A DNA stretch of 64,000 nucleotides from a bacterium (lineage in GTDB: Bacteria; Actinomycetota; Coriobacteriia; Coriobacteriales; Coriobacteriaceae), in contig CAVCHM010000005.1 of the NCBI GenBank assembly GCA_963602135.1, positions 1,953-65,952 of the forward strand. The letters are read 5' to 3'. The position numbers and the translations under genes were made by a program. A model generated the notes under the pieces. It was not told where the DNA came from. It saw only the letters and a program-made list of their open reading frames with translations, and made no database searches. This document shows, piece after piece, positions 63,728 to 64,000 of the stretch. Position 1 is the stretch's first letter. Every line of letters begins with the position of its first letter.

Positions 63728-64000
63728 GTGAACCGCGATTTCGCCTCATCGCTCATCCAGCTCAACAACACGTTCTATCGCGAGCACTCCGCCTCCTTCT
63801 CCGATACGCGCCAGGCCCCGTGGCCCGGCTGGGTGCGCACCATGGATATCGCGCTCGGGCAGCTCGACGTCGCCACGATCGAGCATCCCGTCCGCGTCTT
63901 CGATCTTGCCTGCGGCAATATGCGGTTCGAGAACTTTGCCGCCGGCGGCGCACTTGCCGCCAAGGGCGTCGACGGCGCAAATCCCTCGGCAGATGCCAGC
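63728..64000 (+). CDS. Class I SAM methyltransferase, Trm9/ALKBH8-like N-terminus (runs off window end)
   Basis: Not in the ORF track; RBS GGAGGGAG, GTG start; MNRDF...FY.EHSASFSDTRQAPWPGW...VFDLACGN. Confidence 0.75.
   Translation, partial: MNRDFASSLIQLNNTFYREHSASFSDTRQAPWPGWVRTMDIALGQLDVATIEHPVRVFDLACGNMRFENFAAGGALAAKGVDGANPSADAS

Overview
High-GC chromosomal window from a Coriobacteriia bacterium; the 16S sequence closely resembles the Collinsella aerofaciens group. It is mostly housekeeping: tilS-hpt-ftsH, a complete minus-strand rRNA operon with no spacer tRNA, infC-rpmI-rplT, tRNA-Leu(CAA), fba, recJ-relA, livKHMGF, hom, purL and azlCD. Accessory loci of interest: (1) a TerB_N/TerB_C + ATPase + Lhr-like helicase triad (Shango-like defence architecture) with a LexA-type box in its promoter; (2) a bacterial Elp3 abutting a SpeE-like gene, with a Trm9-like methyltransferase about 2 kb away, a possible wobble-U34 cm5U/mcm5U pathway; (3) a five-gene WxL/Csc-like cell-surface cluster with a mini LAQTS-anchored protein; (4) a RecJ-RecQ-like helicase fusion; (5) an LDH-EtfAB operon; (6) a BaiA-like SDR; (7) mobile-element debris (parA/parB, IS110) beside a PadR-DUF1700 cassette; (8) a family of GTCCC/GGGAC-core palindromic repeats, including a 62-bp-period triplet. 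All calls come from motif recognition by eye; no database searches were run.
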